Shown here: positions 35,900-45,676 of the stretch, in pieces
Layout: each line of letters opens with the position of its first letter
Numbering within the stretch: position 1 is the stretch's first letter
Source of the DNA: Eubacteriales bacterium
GTDB lineage: Bacteria > Bacillota > Clostridia > Oscillospirales > CAG-272
Length of the DNA: 64,000 bases
NCBI GenBank assembly: GCA_045651985.1
Contig: JAZRTK010000010.1
Location: 19,857 to 83,856 of the forward strand
Reading direction: 5' to 3'
Notes under the pieces: model-generated
What the model was told of the DNA's origin: nothing
Database searches by the model: none
What the model saw: only the letters and a program-made list of their open reading frames with translations
Program-made: the position numbers and the translations under genes

Positions 35900-35929
35900 A
35901 TGATACCATATTTTGTTTAAAATGTCAAC
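35900..35929 (-). promoter_or_regulatory. putative tRNA-Lys promoter
   Basis: On the minus strand: TTGACA (35929-35924), an 18-nt spacer, then TATCAT (35905-35900). Confidence 0.5.
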
Positions 35930-35973
35930 ACTTTTTTACAAAATTGTTTGCAAAATTCCAAGGGCAAAAAGAC

Positions 35974-36957
35974 TCAAAGCTGTGCCGTGTCGTATTTGTC
36001 CCAGAAATCAAAGACGGCCTTTTTATATGCCTCCTCGTCCTTCCAGAAGCTCATTCCGTGCTCGGCGTCGGATACGATAAGCATGTGCTTGGGGGCAGTG
36101 CAAGCCTCGTAGTTCTCGTAAGTCATTTCTACCGGTACAAATGAGTCCTTTTCTCCGTGTATAAAGAGAACGGGGACGGTACAATTCTTCATAGCCTCGA
36201 CAGTGGAATAGCTGTCTGCACCGAAATTGATGCGTTTTTTGCAGATCGCGTTTGCCATAACACCCTTGATGCCAAAGCCCATGTGGAGGTTGTTTTCGCT
36301 TACGTGCTTCCAGATAGCGTAGGGCGAGGTGAAACCGCAGTCGGCGATTATCCCGCGGACACAGGGGGGAAGGTCAAGTCCTGCCGCCATAAGGACTGTT
36401 GACGCGCCCATGGAAATGCCCGTCAGATACAGAGGAACGTCACCTTCTCGTTCGGCAATAAAATTAGCCCAATCAAGGCAGTCGTATCGCTCGATAAGAC
36501 CGAACCCCATGTGGTCTCCTCCGCTGTTGTTCTGACCTCTCTGCTCAGGGATAAGCAGGCTGCACCCATTTTCTATCCAATGAGGCGCGGACATTCCAAA
36601 ATCCGTGTGCCAGGCGGAACGCCAACCGTGCATGCAAATGACGGTGCGCTTAGCCCCGGGGGTCTTGAAGTAGTGCCCCACTAAGCGAGTGCCGTCAAAG
36701 GCTGTTATTTCCACCTGCTCGTGTTCGGTATTTTCAAGCAACTGCGAGTATTTGCCTACGTCGTCAATGAACTCCTTGTTGTCAAATGCGGAGCCTGAAA
36801 TTGCGCCCTTTGCCTTGCTCGGTAATTTGGGCGGATTGCGGTCAAGTGCAACCATGACGAGTATTTTTGTGGCGATGTAAGAAGCCGCCGCGGCAACAGC
36901 TGCAACAGCCACGCCTGCGCCTGCTGCTTTCAGTATGGTCTTGTGTGATTTCTTCAA
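35974..36957 (-). CDS. membrane-anchored alpha/beta hydrolase
   Basis: Nucleophile elbow GISMGAS, HGWRS and HGEKD blocks, plus an N-terminal TM segment. The start is probably TTG 36957, 9 nt after AAGGAGAG. The track start at 36981 is a GTG without an SD. The start remains uncertain. Confidence 0.7.
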   Translation of the reverse strand: MKKSHKTILKAAGAGVAVAAVAAAASYIATKILVMVALDRNPPKLPSKAKGAISGSAFDNKEFIDDVGKYSQLLENTEHEQVEITAFDGTRLVGHYFKTPGAKRTVICMHGWRSAWHTDFGMSAPHWIENGCSLLIPEQRGQNNSGGDHMGFGLIERYDCLDWANFIAEREGDVPLYLTGISMGASTVLMAAGLDLPPCVRGIIADCGFTSPYAIWKHVSENNLHMGFGIKGVMANAICKKRINFGADSYSTVEAMKNCTVPVLFIHGEKDSFVPVEMTYENYEACTAPKHMLIVSDAEHGMSFWKDEEAYKKAVFDFWDKYDTAQL

Positions 36958-37019
36958 AATTATCACTCTCCTTGCTTTCACAAGAATATTATCTGCTCAA
37001 AAAGGAGCATTTAAACGAA

Positions 37020-37061
37020 ATCCCATGCTTTTAACGGCAAAAATGCCAAAAAGCATGGGAT
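37020..37061 (-). terminator. terminator after the DUF1385 gene
   Basis: A 13-bp outer stem ATCCCATGCTTTT/AAAAGCATGGGAT encloses a small GGCA/TGCC hairpin. Confidence 0.65.
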
Positions 37062-37066
37062 CATTT

Positions 37067-38164
37067 TTACCAGTTGTCCCGATCGTCCTCAGGAATTACT
37101 TCCTTGAAGGCGAGTATCGCGCATTCGATCATTGAGTCGTCGGGCTCGATAGTGGTCAGATGCTGGAGCCATACACCGGGCTTAGAGATGATTCTCGTAA
37201 ATACATTGTCAACTCTGCCCGCCAGACGGATAAGCTCGTATCCGATGCCCATGGTCAGAGGAAGCATTGCCAGCTTTATTACCGTTCTCAAAATTGGGTG
37301 AATGGTGGCGGGGATAAGCATTCCAAGGAACACGCCCACGATAAGCATAAGTATCATAAAGGACGTGCCGCATCGGGGGTGAAATCTGATCTGAGCACGG
37401 ACGTTTTCTACCGTCAGAGGCAATCCCTTTTCGTAGCAGAAGATGGTCTTGTGCTCCGCACCGTGGTACATGTACGTGCGTCGAATGTCCTTCATCAAGG
37501 ACACCAGAGCCATGTATGCGATGAAAATAGCGATCCTTAAAACACCCTCAAAGAGGGAGCGCAGGAATCTGTTCCCCACCAGCTTGGGGAAGGGAATGGA
37601 AAGCCAGCTGTAAAGCTGAGCGGGCAGGTAAATAAAGAGCCCAACCGACAAAACAATGCCTAAAACCAGGCTCAAAACAGAAATGACAGCCATAAGCGCG
37701 CCCGAGGATTTTTTCTCCTCTTTTTCGGTCTTCTCAATCTGTTCGGCGGTCTCTGAACCTATCGTCTTCGTTACGGTCTCTTGAGCTGTATCCTCCGTCT
37801 GCTCACATTCTGTGACGGCAGCGGGGGTTTCGACGGCAATCTCCTCGAGCTTTTTGGTCTTTTTGGGCTTTTCTTCGACCTCGTCCTCAAGCCCTGCGAT
37901 CTCGGCAGAACGCATGAGGCACTTGTATCCCGATACCATGGAATCTATAAAATTAAACGCGCCGCGAATAAAGGGGAGCTTGAAGAACTTGCCTTTAAAG
38001 CGTGCCTGAGTCTGCCATTTTTCAAGAACGATCTGACCGTCGGGGTCGCGCACAGCCATGGCTGAGACCTCGGGACCTCTCATCATGATGCCCTCGATAA
38101 GCGCCTGACCGCCGATAGACGTTTTCTTTGCGCAGGGTGCGCAATTCTTTTCCTTCTTTTTCAA
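37067..38164 (-). CDS. DUF1385 family membrane protein
   Basis: SIGGQALIEGIMMRGP...YHGAEHK...RCGTSF are DUF1385 hallmarks. The start was assigned to TTG 38164, 7 nt after AAAGGAG. The 41-codon extension in the track has no SD. An acidic ~60-aa insertion is present. Confidence 0.75.
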   Translation of the reverse strand: MKKKEKNCAPCAKKTSIGGQALIEGIMMRGPEVSAMAVRDPDGQIVLEKWQTQARFKGKFFKLPFIRGAFNFIDSMVSGYKCLMRSAEIAGLEDEVEEKPKKTKKLEEIAVETPAAVTECEQTEDTAQETVTKTIGSETAEQIEKTEKEEKKSSGALMAVISVLSLVLGIVLSVGLFIYLPAQLYSWLSIPFPKLVGNRFLRSLFEGVLRIAIFIAYMALVSLMKDIRRTYMYHGAEHKTIFCYEKGLPLTVENVRAQIRFHPRCGTSFMILMLIVGVFLGMLIPATIHPILRTVIKLAMLPLTMGIGYELIRLAGRVDNVFTRIISKPGVWLQHLTTIEPDDSMIECAILAFKEVIPEDDRDNW

Positions 38165-38255
38165 AATATCACTCCTTTGCGTATATATGATACGCGCTGA
38201 ACATAAACTGAAAGTTAACTTTCGGGGGCGTTTTGAAACGCCCCCGAGAAGGTTA

Positions 38256-39521
38256 TCAGTCGTTTTCGATTCTGATGTCCGCACCAAGCTTTGTGAGCTT
38301 TCCGACGATGTCGTCGTAACCGCGCTCGATCGACATAATGTCGGTTATTACCGTCTCACCCTTTGCCGCCAGCGCCGCGATTATCATAGCAGCACCGCCT
38401 CGAAGGTCAACTGCCTTGACGGTTGCGCCCACAAGAGAGCCTACGCCTATAATTCTTGCGCTTGAGCCCTCCACGCGAATATCCGCGCCCATTTTAAGAA
38501 GCTCGTCGACGTATCTGAAGCGGTTCTCCCAAACGCCCTCGGATACCTTGCTCTCGCCCCTGGCGCACACGAGTACAGCCGTCAGCTGGGGGTGCATATC
38601 GGTGGGGAATCCGGGATAGGGAAGGGTCTTTATGTGGATCTTCTTCAGTTCCTTGGTCTTGGCTATTGTAATGCTGTCGTCGTATTCGGTGACGGTCATT
38701 CCCATTTCCGCAAGCTTGGCTGAGACAGATTCCATGTGCTTGGGAATAATGCCCTTTACGTTGATCTTTCCGCCTGCCGCGGCAACCGCCGCCATGTAGG
38801 TGCCCGCCTCGATCATGTCGGGGATAATGGCGTAGGTGCAGCCGTGGAGCTTCTCGACACCTTGTATTTTAATAACGCTGGTTCCCGCGCCTGTAATTTT
38901 TGCACCGCAGGTGTTAAAGAAGTTGGCAAGGTCAACTATGTGCGGCTCTCTTGCCGCATTGTCGATGACTGTTTTGCCCTTGGCAAGAACAGCGGCTATC
39001 ATTACGTTGATAGTCGCTCCAACCGAGACAACGTCAAAATAGACGGAGCTTCCGTGAAGCCCGTTGTCGGCGTCCGCATAGATAAATCCCTCGTCGGTGT
39101 CTATCTCAACGGTAGCGCCAAGCGCTTCAAAGCCCTTGATGTGCTGGTCGATGGGTCTTTGACCGAAGTCGCAGCCGCCGGGCCAGCCCACCTTCGCGTG
39201 TCCAAAGCGGGCAAGCTCCGCGCCGATAAGGTAGGTAGAGCCGCGCATTTTGCTGACGAGGGAGTAGGGGGATATTCCGCCGCGAACGTTTGCGGAGTCT
39301 ATCTCCACAGAACCGTCTCCAACTTCTCTGACCACAGCGCCCATGGCTGTGAGAATGTCGAGAGTCTTCTTTACGTCGCTGATCTTGGGCAGGTTTTCTA
39401 TTACGCACTTCTCGCGGGTGAGAATACTTGCGACAAGTATAGGAAGTGCGGCGTTTTTCATTCCGCTTATCTCCACGTCGCCGTAGAGGGGATTTCCGCC
39501 GTTAACTATGTATTTTTTCAT
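38256..39521 (-). CDS. murA: UDP-N-acetylglucosamine 1-carboxyvinyltransferase
   Basis: 421 aa. GGNPLYGDVEISGMKNAALPI...WPGGCDFGQRPID... contains the catalytic Cys loop. Confidence 0.92.
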   Translation of the reverse strand: MKKYIVNGGNPLYGDVEISGMKNAALPILVASILTREKCVIENLPKISDVKKTLDILTAMGAVVREVGDGSVEIDSANVRGGISPYSLVSKMRGSTYLIGAELARFGHAKVGWPGGCDFGQRPIDQHIKGFEALGATVEIDTDEGFIYADADNGLHGSSVYFDVVSVGATINVMIAAVLAKGKTVIDNAAREPHIVDLANFFNTCGAKITGAGTSVIKIQGVEKLHGCTYAIIPDMIEAGTYMAAVAAAGGKINVKGIIPKHMESVSAKLAEMGMTVTEYDDSITIAKTKELKKIHIKTLPYPGFPTDMHPQLTAVLVCARGESKVSEGVWENRFRYVDELLKMGADIRVEGSSARIIGVGSLVGATVKAVDLRGGAAMIIAALAAKGETVITDIMSIERGYDDIVGKLTKLGADIRIEND

Positions 39522-39733
39522 CAGGTAACCTCTGCTTTTTCGGTTATATATAAAAGATAATACTCAGATTTAAAATTGCGGGTCAAATTGCGCTTGCGGC
39601 ACAATTACCCTCTTTATATTATATCATATTTTAAGCCTAAATGAAAACGAAATGTTAAACAAAATTTGTATATTTGCCTATTTATTGATAAAAAAATATC
39701 AATTGCAACCGAATAAATTCATAATTGATTTTG

Positions 39734-40552
39734 TTAACCCGCTACGGCAGAGTGAATGGATCGCTCGCCTTCCTTGTAAATGATGTTGAGGGAGGGAACG
39801 AGAACGAAGGCGGTCTTGCTTTCGGTGCTTTCGATTCCGTAGCATTTTTCAAGCTTTTTAACCGTAAGATCTTTTTTGCTTGACACGTCGGCTGAAACTC
39901 TTTCTCTCTCAGTAAACATTATATTGAGATAGTCGCGAAGATGTGCCGAAAAAGTGCTGCATTTGTCGGGAAAGCACCACTTTCCCTCGAACGATGAAAG
40001 CTTTCCGTCGACGAAATTGCACGTGATCTCGTTTTCGGGAATGGGGAGTGAGCCAAGGGTCTGTATAAATACCGGCATTTCCGAGCTTTGTTCGGACTCA
40101 ATGCGCTGAACGCCGAATTCAGGGGATTGGCATAGGGGAACGAGAAGGGCTTCAATTTCGTCTTCTGAGATACTTTCGTTTGCGAAAGAACAACTATAGC
40201 TTACGGTAAAATCGCTGCCAACAAACAGGATTTCGCCCGCGTCGGTCCGCATCTCGACACCGTTGGGAACGGTGAAAACGTCGGTGACCTTGCCAACTGT
40301 CAGCGTTTCAGCCACCTTTTCCGGATAATCCTGGGGCAGAGTAAAACGGTAGAGCCTCATGCCTTCAAAGTCGCCGAGCAGCTGTTCGCTGTCTACCGTG
40401 ATACCGCTTTTTGCCATAAGCTCTGCGGCTTTTTCAAGGGATTCCCGAGTATAGGGCTCGTTGTCTCCGTTGAGCCAAAGCATAGCGCCCACTACGATGC
40501 AAGCGAGCAAAAGGAGTATTATCATAAAAGTTTTTATGTTTTTCCAGCTCAT
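39734..40552 (-). CDS. yycI: YycI-like two-component regulatory protein (N-terminal TM plus extracytoplasmic domain)
   Basis: 272 aa. MSWKNIKTFMIILLLLACIVV resembles the YycI N-terminus. It is the last gene of the walRK-yycH-yycI-type operon. The assignment rests partly on position. Confidence 0.45.
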   Translation of the reverse strand: MSWKNIKTFMIILLLLACIVVGAMLWLNGDNEPYTRESLEKAAELMAKSGITVDSEQLLGDFEGMRLYRFTLPQDYPEKVAETLTVGKVTDVFTVPNGVEMRTDAGEILFVGSDFTVSYSCSFANESISEDEIEALLVPLCQSPEFGVQRIESEQSSEMPVFIQTLGSLPIPENEITCNFVDGKLSSFEGKWCFPDKCSTFSAHLRDYLNIMFTERERVSADVSSKKDLTVKKLEKCYGIESTESKTAFVLVPSLNIIYKEGERSIHSAVAG

Positions 40553-40600
40553 TTATAAAACTCCGTCTGATCTGCCGAAAATGTCGGCAAGAACTGTGAT

Positions 40601-42004
40601 TTATTTAACCTTAACTGCACTCCATTCGGCAAACATATCCGACGCGCGGTAACGGTATTTCAGGGTGTAAAGTCCGTCTTTGTCCTCTGGCAGAGTCATG
40701 CTCAAGATCCATTCAGGCAACAGGCTCTGACGGCGCTCACCGCCCTCCGAGAGTCTGTAAATATTACTTGACGCTTCAAATCCGACGATCCTGCCGTCCT
40801 TGAGAGTCAATCGGCAGGCGGATCCCGAGTTCTCTATCTCGACGTTTGAATAGCAATAGATATATTCAAGCGTGACTCTTCCGCTGTCCGAATATACGGC
40901 AGAGAGCACAGGGTGTGCGTCGCCTCCCGAGAATCTGCGGTCAAGGGTGGTGTAGCCCGAAAGGAACGACTGGGAAAGAATGATTGCCTCAGCGGTCGTT
41001 ATTCCGTTTTTTGAGAATGCATCGGAATAGAATGAAAGGGGGATACCTCCCGTGTCTCCGGCGGCGGAATAGCCGACCCCGTTTTCGCCTACGTGCAGGC
41101 TTCCGTGGGTGGCAACGTAGACGGTGCTTTGTGTCTTTTCGTCATAATAATTTCCGCTCTTGTCGGGGTTGATGTCAAAGAACGCAGCCACCGAATTGCT
41201 CAGTGCCGTATCTTCGACTATTCCCGTATATCCTTTGGAAAGTACGAGCTTTTGGGAGTTGAGTCCGTGGGAATGCAGGATCGTGCTGCAAAGAACGTTT
41301 TTATTTTCCGACGTGTGGCAGAAAAGGTCGGCTAACGTCATGGCGGAGGCGTTGATATAGATGTCAAAATCCTCTGCCGTTACCGTGTTATTGGCGCTTA
41401 CGGGATCGTTTAAGATCAGGTTGAATATCCTGCCGTCCCGACCTCTCGTTACGGCACATGTTTCACCTTTTTTTGTGTTGTTGGGAAAAACAAACATCTG
41501 ATCTATCGCGCCTATATCGATTTCAAGCCCGTTTTGGAGGGCTGATTCTCCAAGATTACTTGCAGAATCTGTGTATATTACCGTGTGACTGAGGGGAGCG
41601 TGGTATTTTATCAGAATAAATTCGTCTGCCGAGCAGGCTTCGGTCCAAGCTGCCTCCTCTGCTTCCTTTGCCGTGCACTCACGGCTCAGCGCCACCGAGA
41701 TATTTTGGCATACGAGGCGGTAAATGAGGCGCATATAGCCCTCGCCCTGCGTTATGGCGTAGGTATGCTTTCCTTCAAATTTCACAGCAATGCTTTCGGG
41801 TAGTATCAGTCCGTCAAACTGACGGCTTATAACGCCCTGATCTTGGTCGGCATCTGCGTTTCCCGCACCCGCATTTCCCCTTGAGAAGATGAAACCCGAG
41901 CGGTAGAAATAAAGCGCGGACAGAGCTATGGCACAAAGAAAAAGCAAGCATATAGCAACGGTCTTAAAGCTTTCAAGAGCCGTATCCGATTTTTTTGCTT
42001 TCAT
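40601..42004 (-). CDS. yycH: YycH-like two-component activity regulator (N-terminal TM plus large extracytoplasmic domain)
   Basis: 467 aa with a single N-terminal TM segment. It lies directly downstream of the WalK-like kinase. The call is based on position and size. Confidence 0.45.
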   Translation of the reverse strand: MKAKKSDTALESFKTVAICLLFLCAIALSALYFYRSGFIFSRGNAGAGNADADQDQGVISRQFDGLILPESIAVKFEGKHTYAITQGEGYMRLIYRLVCQNISVALSRECTAKEAEEAAWTEACSADEFILIKYHAPLSHTVIYTDSASNLGESALQNGLEIDIGAIDQMFVFPNNTKKGETCAVTRGRDGRIFNLILNDPVSANNTVTAEDFDIYINASAMTLADLFCHTSENKNVLCSTILHSHGLNSQKLVLSKGYTGIVEDTALSNSVAAFFDINPDKSGNYYDEKTQSTVYVATHGSLHVGENGVGYSAAGDTGGIPLSFYSDAFSKNGITTAEAIILSQSFLSGYTTLDRRFSGGDAHPVLSAVYSDSGRVTLEYIYCYSNVEIENSGSACRLTLKDGRIVGFEASSNIYRLSEGGERRQSLLPEWILSMTLPEDKDGLYTLKYRYRASDMFAEWSAVKVK

Positions 42005-42033
42005 TATCTTACCTCCTTGTGCATTTTTGAGGA

Positions 42034-43842
42034 TCAGTCCTCTTCGTTTCTGAGCTTGGTGTGGACAGGGAGAACTATCTCGACCATGGTTCCTACGCCC
42101 AATTTACTGGAAATTTCAATATTACCGCCGTGAGCCTCAATAAGCTCCTTTGCGATAGCAAGTCCCAGACCCGTTCCGCCCGTGTCGGTAGTTCTCGCTT
42201 TTTCTACGCGGTAGAATCGCTCGAAAATTCTTGGCAGGTCTTCTTCGGGAATACCCAGACCGTTGTCGATCACCTTGACGGAAACCTTTTCACCCGGAAG
42301 CAAAGAGGTACTGACGGCGATAGTTCCGTTGTCCGGGGTGTACTTTATTGCGTTTGAGATTATGTTTACGATTACCTGGTCTATTCTGTCCTTGTCTGCC
42401 GTAATAAGGGGCAGATCCTTTTCGGTCTTGAGCAGAAGCTGGTGACCGTGAGTGGTGGCGTCTACCGTCATAACGTGGCAAAGGTGGGACAGGGATTCGT
42501 TTAAGTTGTATTCGCTTATTTGCCACTTGGTCCTCTTATTGTCAAGGCGCGAGAGGGTCAGCAGGTCTTTTACGATGCCCGTCATACGGGTGCTTTCGCT
42601 GTCGATCATTTCAAGGAATTTTATCTTAATGTCCTCGGGCAGCTCGGGGTGCTGGAGAATGGTCTCGCAGGAGCCCTTGATGGAAGTCAGAGGGGTACGG
42701 AGCTCGTGAGATACGTTTGCCACGAACTCGCGTCTTGCGCGGTCAAGCTCGTAGCGCGATGTGACGTCGTGGATGACGGTGATAACGCCGTCGCTCATGT
42801 TTCCTTTGTCGCTGTATCGAATACCGCCGAAGTTTACCTCAATGACCTTGCCGTTAAATACGACCTCGTCAAAAATTATGTTTCCGTCCTCGCCGTTCTC
42901 ATCTGACAAAGCGTCGCCCGTGGGGCTGTCGCTTCTAATGTCAAATATAGAGAGCAGGGTGGTCAGATCGAATTTTTCGTTGTATTTATCGCCCAAAAGC
43001 TCAAGTGCAAAATTGTTTATGTTGAGGACCTTTCCCGTGTCCGAGAAGGTGATGACGCCTGCCTGGAGCTGTGAGAATACAGTTTCAAGCTTCTCCCGCT
43101 CTCCCGAAACCTCGGCGATAGTGTTTTTGAGCATTCTTCTCATGTGGTTGAAGGTGCCCGTCAGTACGCCGATCTCGTCGTTTGAGTGTGTCTCTATGTT
43201 GTATTCAAAATTTCCCGATGCTACCAGCTGTGCACCCTTTGTCAGATTCTGAATGGGTGCCGTGATCGCTTTTGACAGAAAGAAAGCCATGATAATGGCT
43301 ATGATCAGACCGATGAGCAGGGATTGGAGAATGATGGTAAAAAGTATCCAGCTGAGATCTCTTGTGTCCTCCTGAGTGTCCTTTACGTAGATTATGCAGG
43401 AGGTGGTCTCGCCGCGGATAACCGTGGCAAAGTCAAGATAATCAACGCCGCTCAGTTGCTTTCCCGACGATTCGCCGCCCATAGCGGAGATAATGTTGGG
43501 GGTCTTGTCAAGGGACTTTCCAAGGGAGGCGTCCGAGCCCTCAAGGAAATTACCGTTCATGTCAAGAATGAAATAGTTTCGGCTCTCGTCTATGCCTAAC
43601 AGACCGCTGTAAGAGAGCAGCGTCTCCTTTTGGCGTTGAACGTAATTTTCGCCGTCGATAGACTCCTGCAAGGATAGGTAAAGGGGACTGCCCTGGCTGA
43701 AGTTTTCTTTCATGGTTGAAGAAAAGTCGCCCGAATAATATGTGTAGGTGTTGTTTAAGATAACCACGCCCACCACGCACATTACGGTGATGATGAACAC
43801 CACCAAAATAAGGACGATCTTTGAATAAAGACTTTTATTCAT
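42034..43842 (-). CDS. walK: WalK-like sensor histidine kinase (TM - extracellular domain - TM - HAMP - PAS - HisKA - HATPase)
   Basis: 602 aa. H-box FVANVSHELRTPLTSI, the N/G boxes DNGLGIP and GGTGLGLAIAKE, and a HAMP region after TM2 are present. Confidence 0.65.
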   Translation of the reverse strand: MNKSLYSKIVLILVVFIITVMCVVGVVILNNTYTYYSGDFSSTMKENFSQGSPLYLSLQESIDGENYVQRQKETLLSYSGLLGIDESRNYFILDMNGNFLEGSDASLGKSLDKTPNIISAMGGESSGKQLSGVDYLDFATVIRGETTSCIIYVKDTQEDTRDLSWILFTIILQSLLIGLIIAIIMAFFLSKAITAPIQNLTKGAQLVASGNFEYNIETHSNDEIGVLTGTFNHMRRMLKNTIAEVSGEREKLETVFSQLQAGVITFSDTGKVLNINNFALELLGDKYNEKFDLTTLLSIFDIRSDSPTGDALSDENGEDGNIIFDEVVFNGKVIEVNFGGIRYSDKGNMSDGVITVIHDVTSRYELDRARREFVANVSHELRTPLTSIKGSCETILQHPELPEDIKIKFLEMIDSESTRMTGIVKDLLTLSRLDNKRTKWQISEYNLNESLSHLCHVMTVDATTHGHQLLLKTEKDLPLITADKDRIDQVIVNIISNAIKYTPDNGTIAVSTSLLPGEKVSVKVIDNGLGIPEEDLPRIFERFYRVEKARTTDTGGTGLGLAIAKELIEAHGGNIEISSKLGVGTMVEIVLPVHTKLRNEED

Positions 43843-43863
43843 GCAGAAATATCCTCTTCGCTC

Positions 43864-44583
43864 TTACTTTAAATAGTATCCGATGCCGCGCTTTGTCAGC
43901 AGGTATTCGGGGTTTGATGGATCGCGCTCGATCTTGGCTCTGAGCCGTGACACAGTAACGTCAACGGCACGGATGTCGCCAAGGAAGCCCTCGTAGCCCC
44001 AGACCTTTTCAAGCAGCTGCTCGCGGGTGTAGGGCTGACCCAGATTTTTTGCCAGAAATGATATGAGCTCGTATTCCTGTTTTGAAAGCGAGACGGGCTC
44101 GCCTGCGAGTGTAACGTCGTACTTTCCCAAGTCTATTGAAAGGTCGCGTACTTTTATTACGTCGCCAAAGGGGACTGCGTTTCCGGCTTCCTTTATGACC
44201 GTTTCGGTCGCGGAGCGGCGGATGTTCGCCTTGATGCGCGACATGAGCTCACCCACGGAAAAGGGCTTTGTAACGTAGTCGTCGGCGCCCGTGTCAAGTC
44301 CCAGAATTTTGTCCTTCTCCTCCTCGCGGGCGGTGACCATGATAATGGGCGTGTTCAGCTTTTCACGTACCCGCGCACAAACCTCGTATCCGTTGAGCTT
44401 GGGAAGCATCAGATCGAGGAGGATAAGGTCGAATTGACCCGTCAGAGCCTTTTCAAGTCCCGACTCTCCGTCGTATGCTATATCGTAGTCGTAGCCCCCC
44501 AGCATGAGATTTACCGCCAGAAGTTGTGCTATGTTATTTTCGTCCTCGACTATGAGTATCTTCTTCTTTTCACTTGCACTCAT
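43864..44583 (-). CDS. walR: WalR-like OmpR-family response regulator
   Basis: 239 aa from ATG 44583. ILIVEDE...LILLDLMLP...GADDYVTKPFSVGELMSRIKANIRR closely parallels B. subtilis WalR. Confidence 0.7.
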   Translation of the reverse strand: MSASEKKKILIVEDENNIAQLLAVNLMLGGYDYDIAYDGESGLEKALTGQFDLILLDLMLPKLNGYEVCARVREKLNTPIIMVTAREEEKDKILGLDTGADDYVTKPFSVGELMSRIKANIRRSATETVIKEAGNAVPFGDVIKVRDLSIDLGKYDVTLAGEPVSLSKQEYELISFLAKNLGQPYTREQLLEKVWGYEGFLGDIRAVDVTVSRLRAKIERDPSNPEYLLTKRGIGYYLK

Positions 44584-44597
44584 GTGATAAAGTCCTT

Positions 44598-45647
44598 TCA
44601 GTTTCCTGTTTGTTGGTTGAGCGGGGCTATGAAAACTCCGTTTTCCTTGGCTGCCGCCGTCCATTTTTCGATGCTTGCTTTTGTCCTAACGGTAAGATCG
44701 GTGATCTCTACCGTTGTAAGTGATTGGAATTTATGGTTGTTCGGATTTTCCGACACCTTCGCGTTTGCTTTTCCCCAGGCTATATATCCGATAGCTTCAA
44801 GAGGTGATCTTAAAGAGTCGGGACCTGCGACCAATCTTGTAACCCTTTGCAATAGCGTGCGCAAAATGGCGTTACATTCGCTGACCTCAAGTGTGTTCTT
44901 GGCGCGTATAATAAAGCTGCAGCCCTGAGCATGGGCGGAGATAAGATTTTTGATCAGAGCCGCGTCGGTCAGGTTTTTCTTTTCAATGATGACCGTTGCA
45001 CGAAGGCTCATTTCTGCCATGAAGGAAATGAGCTCCGACTGTTCTTCCGCACTCATCTTTGTAAAATCCGCGATGAACGCCAGAGTTTTTTCCTGTCGGT
45101 CTACCGTTACATGAGCTGAATCGGTCTTGTCGGGCGGTGTGCTGTCGGACACCTGATTTCTTTCTGCCAAGAGCTGAAGATCCAGCAGATCTTCTTCCGT
45201 TTTAAGCCTCAGAACTTTTTTTTCAATAAAGGTCGCTACTTCGACCTCAAACCCGAGAGTCTTTGCGCAAAGCTCGGAGTCGATAAAATATTCATCATTT
45301 ATATAAGAGACCGTCGTTTTCTTCACTTCACCCGTTGACAGGAGCGCGTTTTGCGTTTTGACGTTCAGGGAAATATAGTTTTCCCCGTATTGGACGAGCA
45401 AGCATGATCGGATTTGATCAAAGCTGATCTCAACGCCGTTTACCGCTTCAAAGAAGGAGGACGGAACGAGATAAGCTCCGTCTTTCTCTTTGAGTGAGAA
45501 AAGAGAGGACATATGCCATGCTCGGTTGTCGATGTAAAGGGTCGGAACGGAATATTCCTCGGCTTGCGGCTGTGAAAAGACAGCGAGCAGCACCGGCAGG
45601 GCGAGGACAAGGGACAGTATTTTCAAATATCTCTTGAATTTTTTCAC
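44598..45647 (-). CDS. secreted hypothetical protein with copper-amine-oxidase-N-like (stalk) repeats
   Basis: 349 aa. A signal peptide is followed by two repeats resembling Cu_amine_oxidN1 and an unassigned C-terminal domain. Confidence 0.45.
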   Translation of the reverse strand: MKKFKRYLKILSLVLALPVLLAVFSQPQAEEYSVPTLYIDNRAWHMSSLFSLKEKDGAYLVPSSFFEAVNGVEISFDQIRSCLLVQYGENYISLNVKTQNALLSTGEVKKTTVSYINDEYFIDSELCAKTLGFEVEVATFIEKKVLRLKTEEDLLDLQLLAERNQVSDSTPPDKTDSAHVTVDRQEKTLAFIADFTKMSAEEQSELISFMAEMSLRATVIIEKKNLTDAALIKNLISAHAQGCSFIIRAKNTLEVSECNAILRTLLQRVTRLVAGPDSLRSPLEAIGYIAWGKANAKVSENPNNHKFQSLTTVEITDLTVRTKASIEKWTAAAKENGVFIAPLNQQTGN

Positions 45648-45676
45648 GGTCTTTCCTTTCCGCGACTCGGTCGCAT

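Noticed and set aside
33187-35973. A prophage or integrative element next to tRNA-Lys, suggested by the CI-like repressor and the tRNA
   Set aside because: There is no integrase, excisionase, or structural or lysis gene. I found no duplicated tRNA 3' segment, and GC looks like the host chromosome.
38223-38247. The GC hairpin CGGGGGCGTTTTGAAACGCCCCCG between murA and the DUF1385 gene, considered as a terminator
   Set aside because: No U-tract follows it on the minus (transcribed) strand, so it may only attenuate or stabilise the transcript. I did not call it as a terminator.
38736-39560. 274-aa ORF on the plus strand
   Set aside because: It is a shadow ORF opposite murA.
39522-39733. AT-rich 212-bp spacer with TTGATA-A6-TATCAA, considered as an ncRNA or operator
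   Set aside because: The hairpin is AT-only and thermodynamically weak. The region plausibly just holds the murA promoter, and I recognise no conserved motif.
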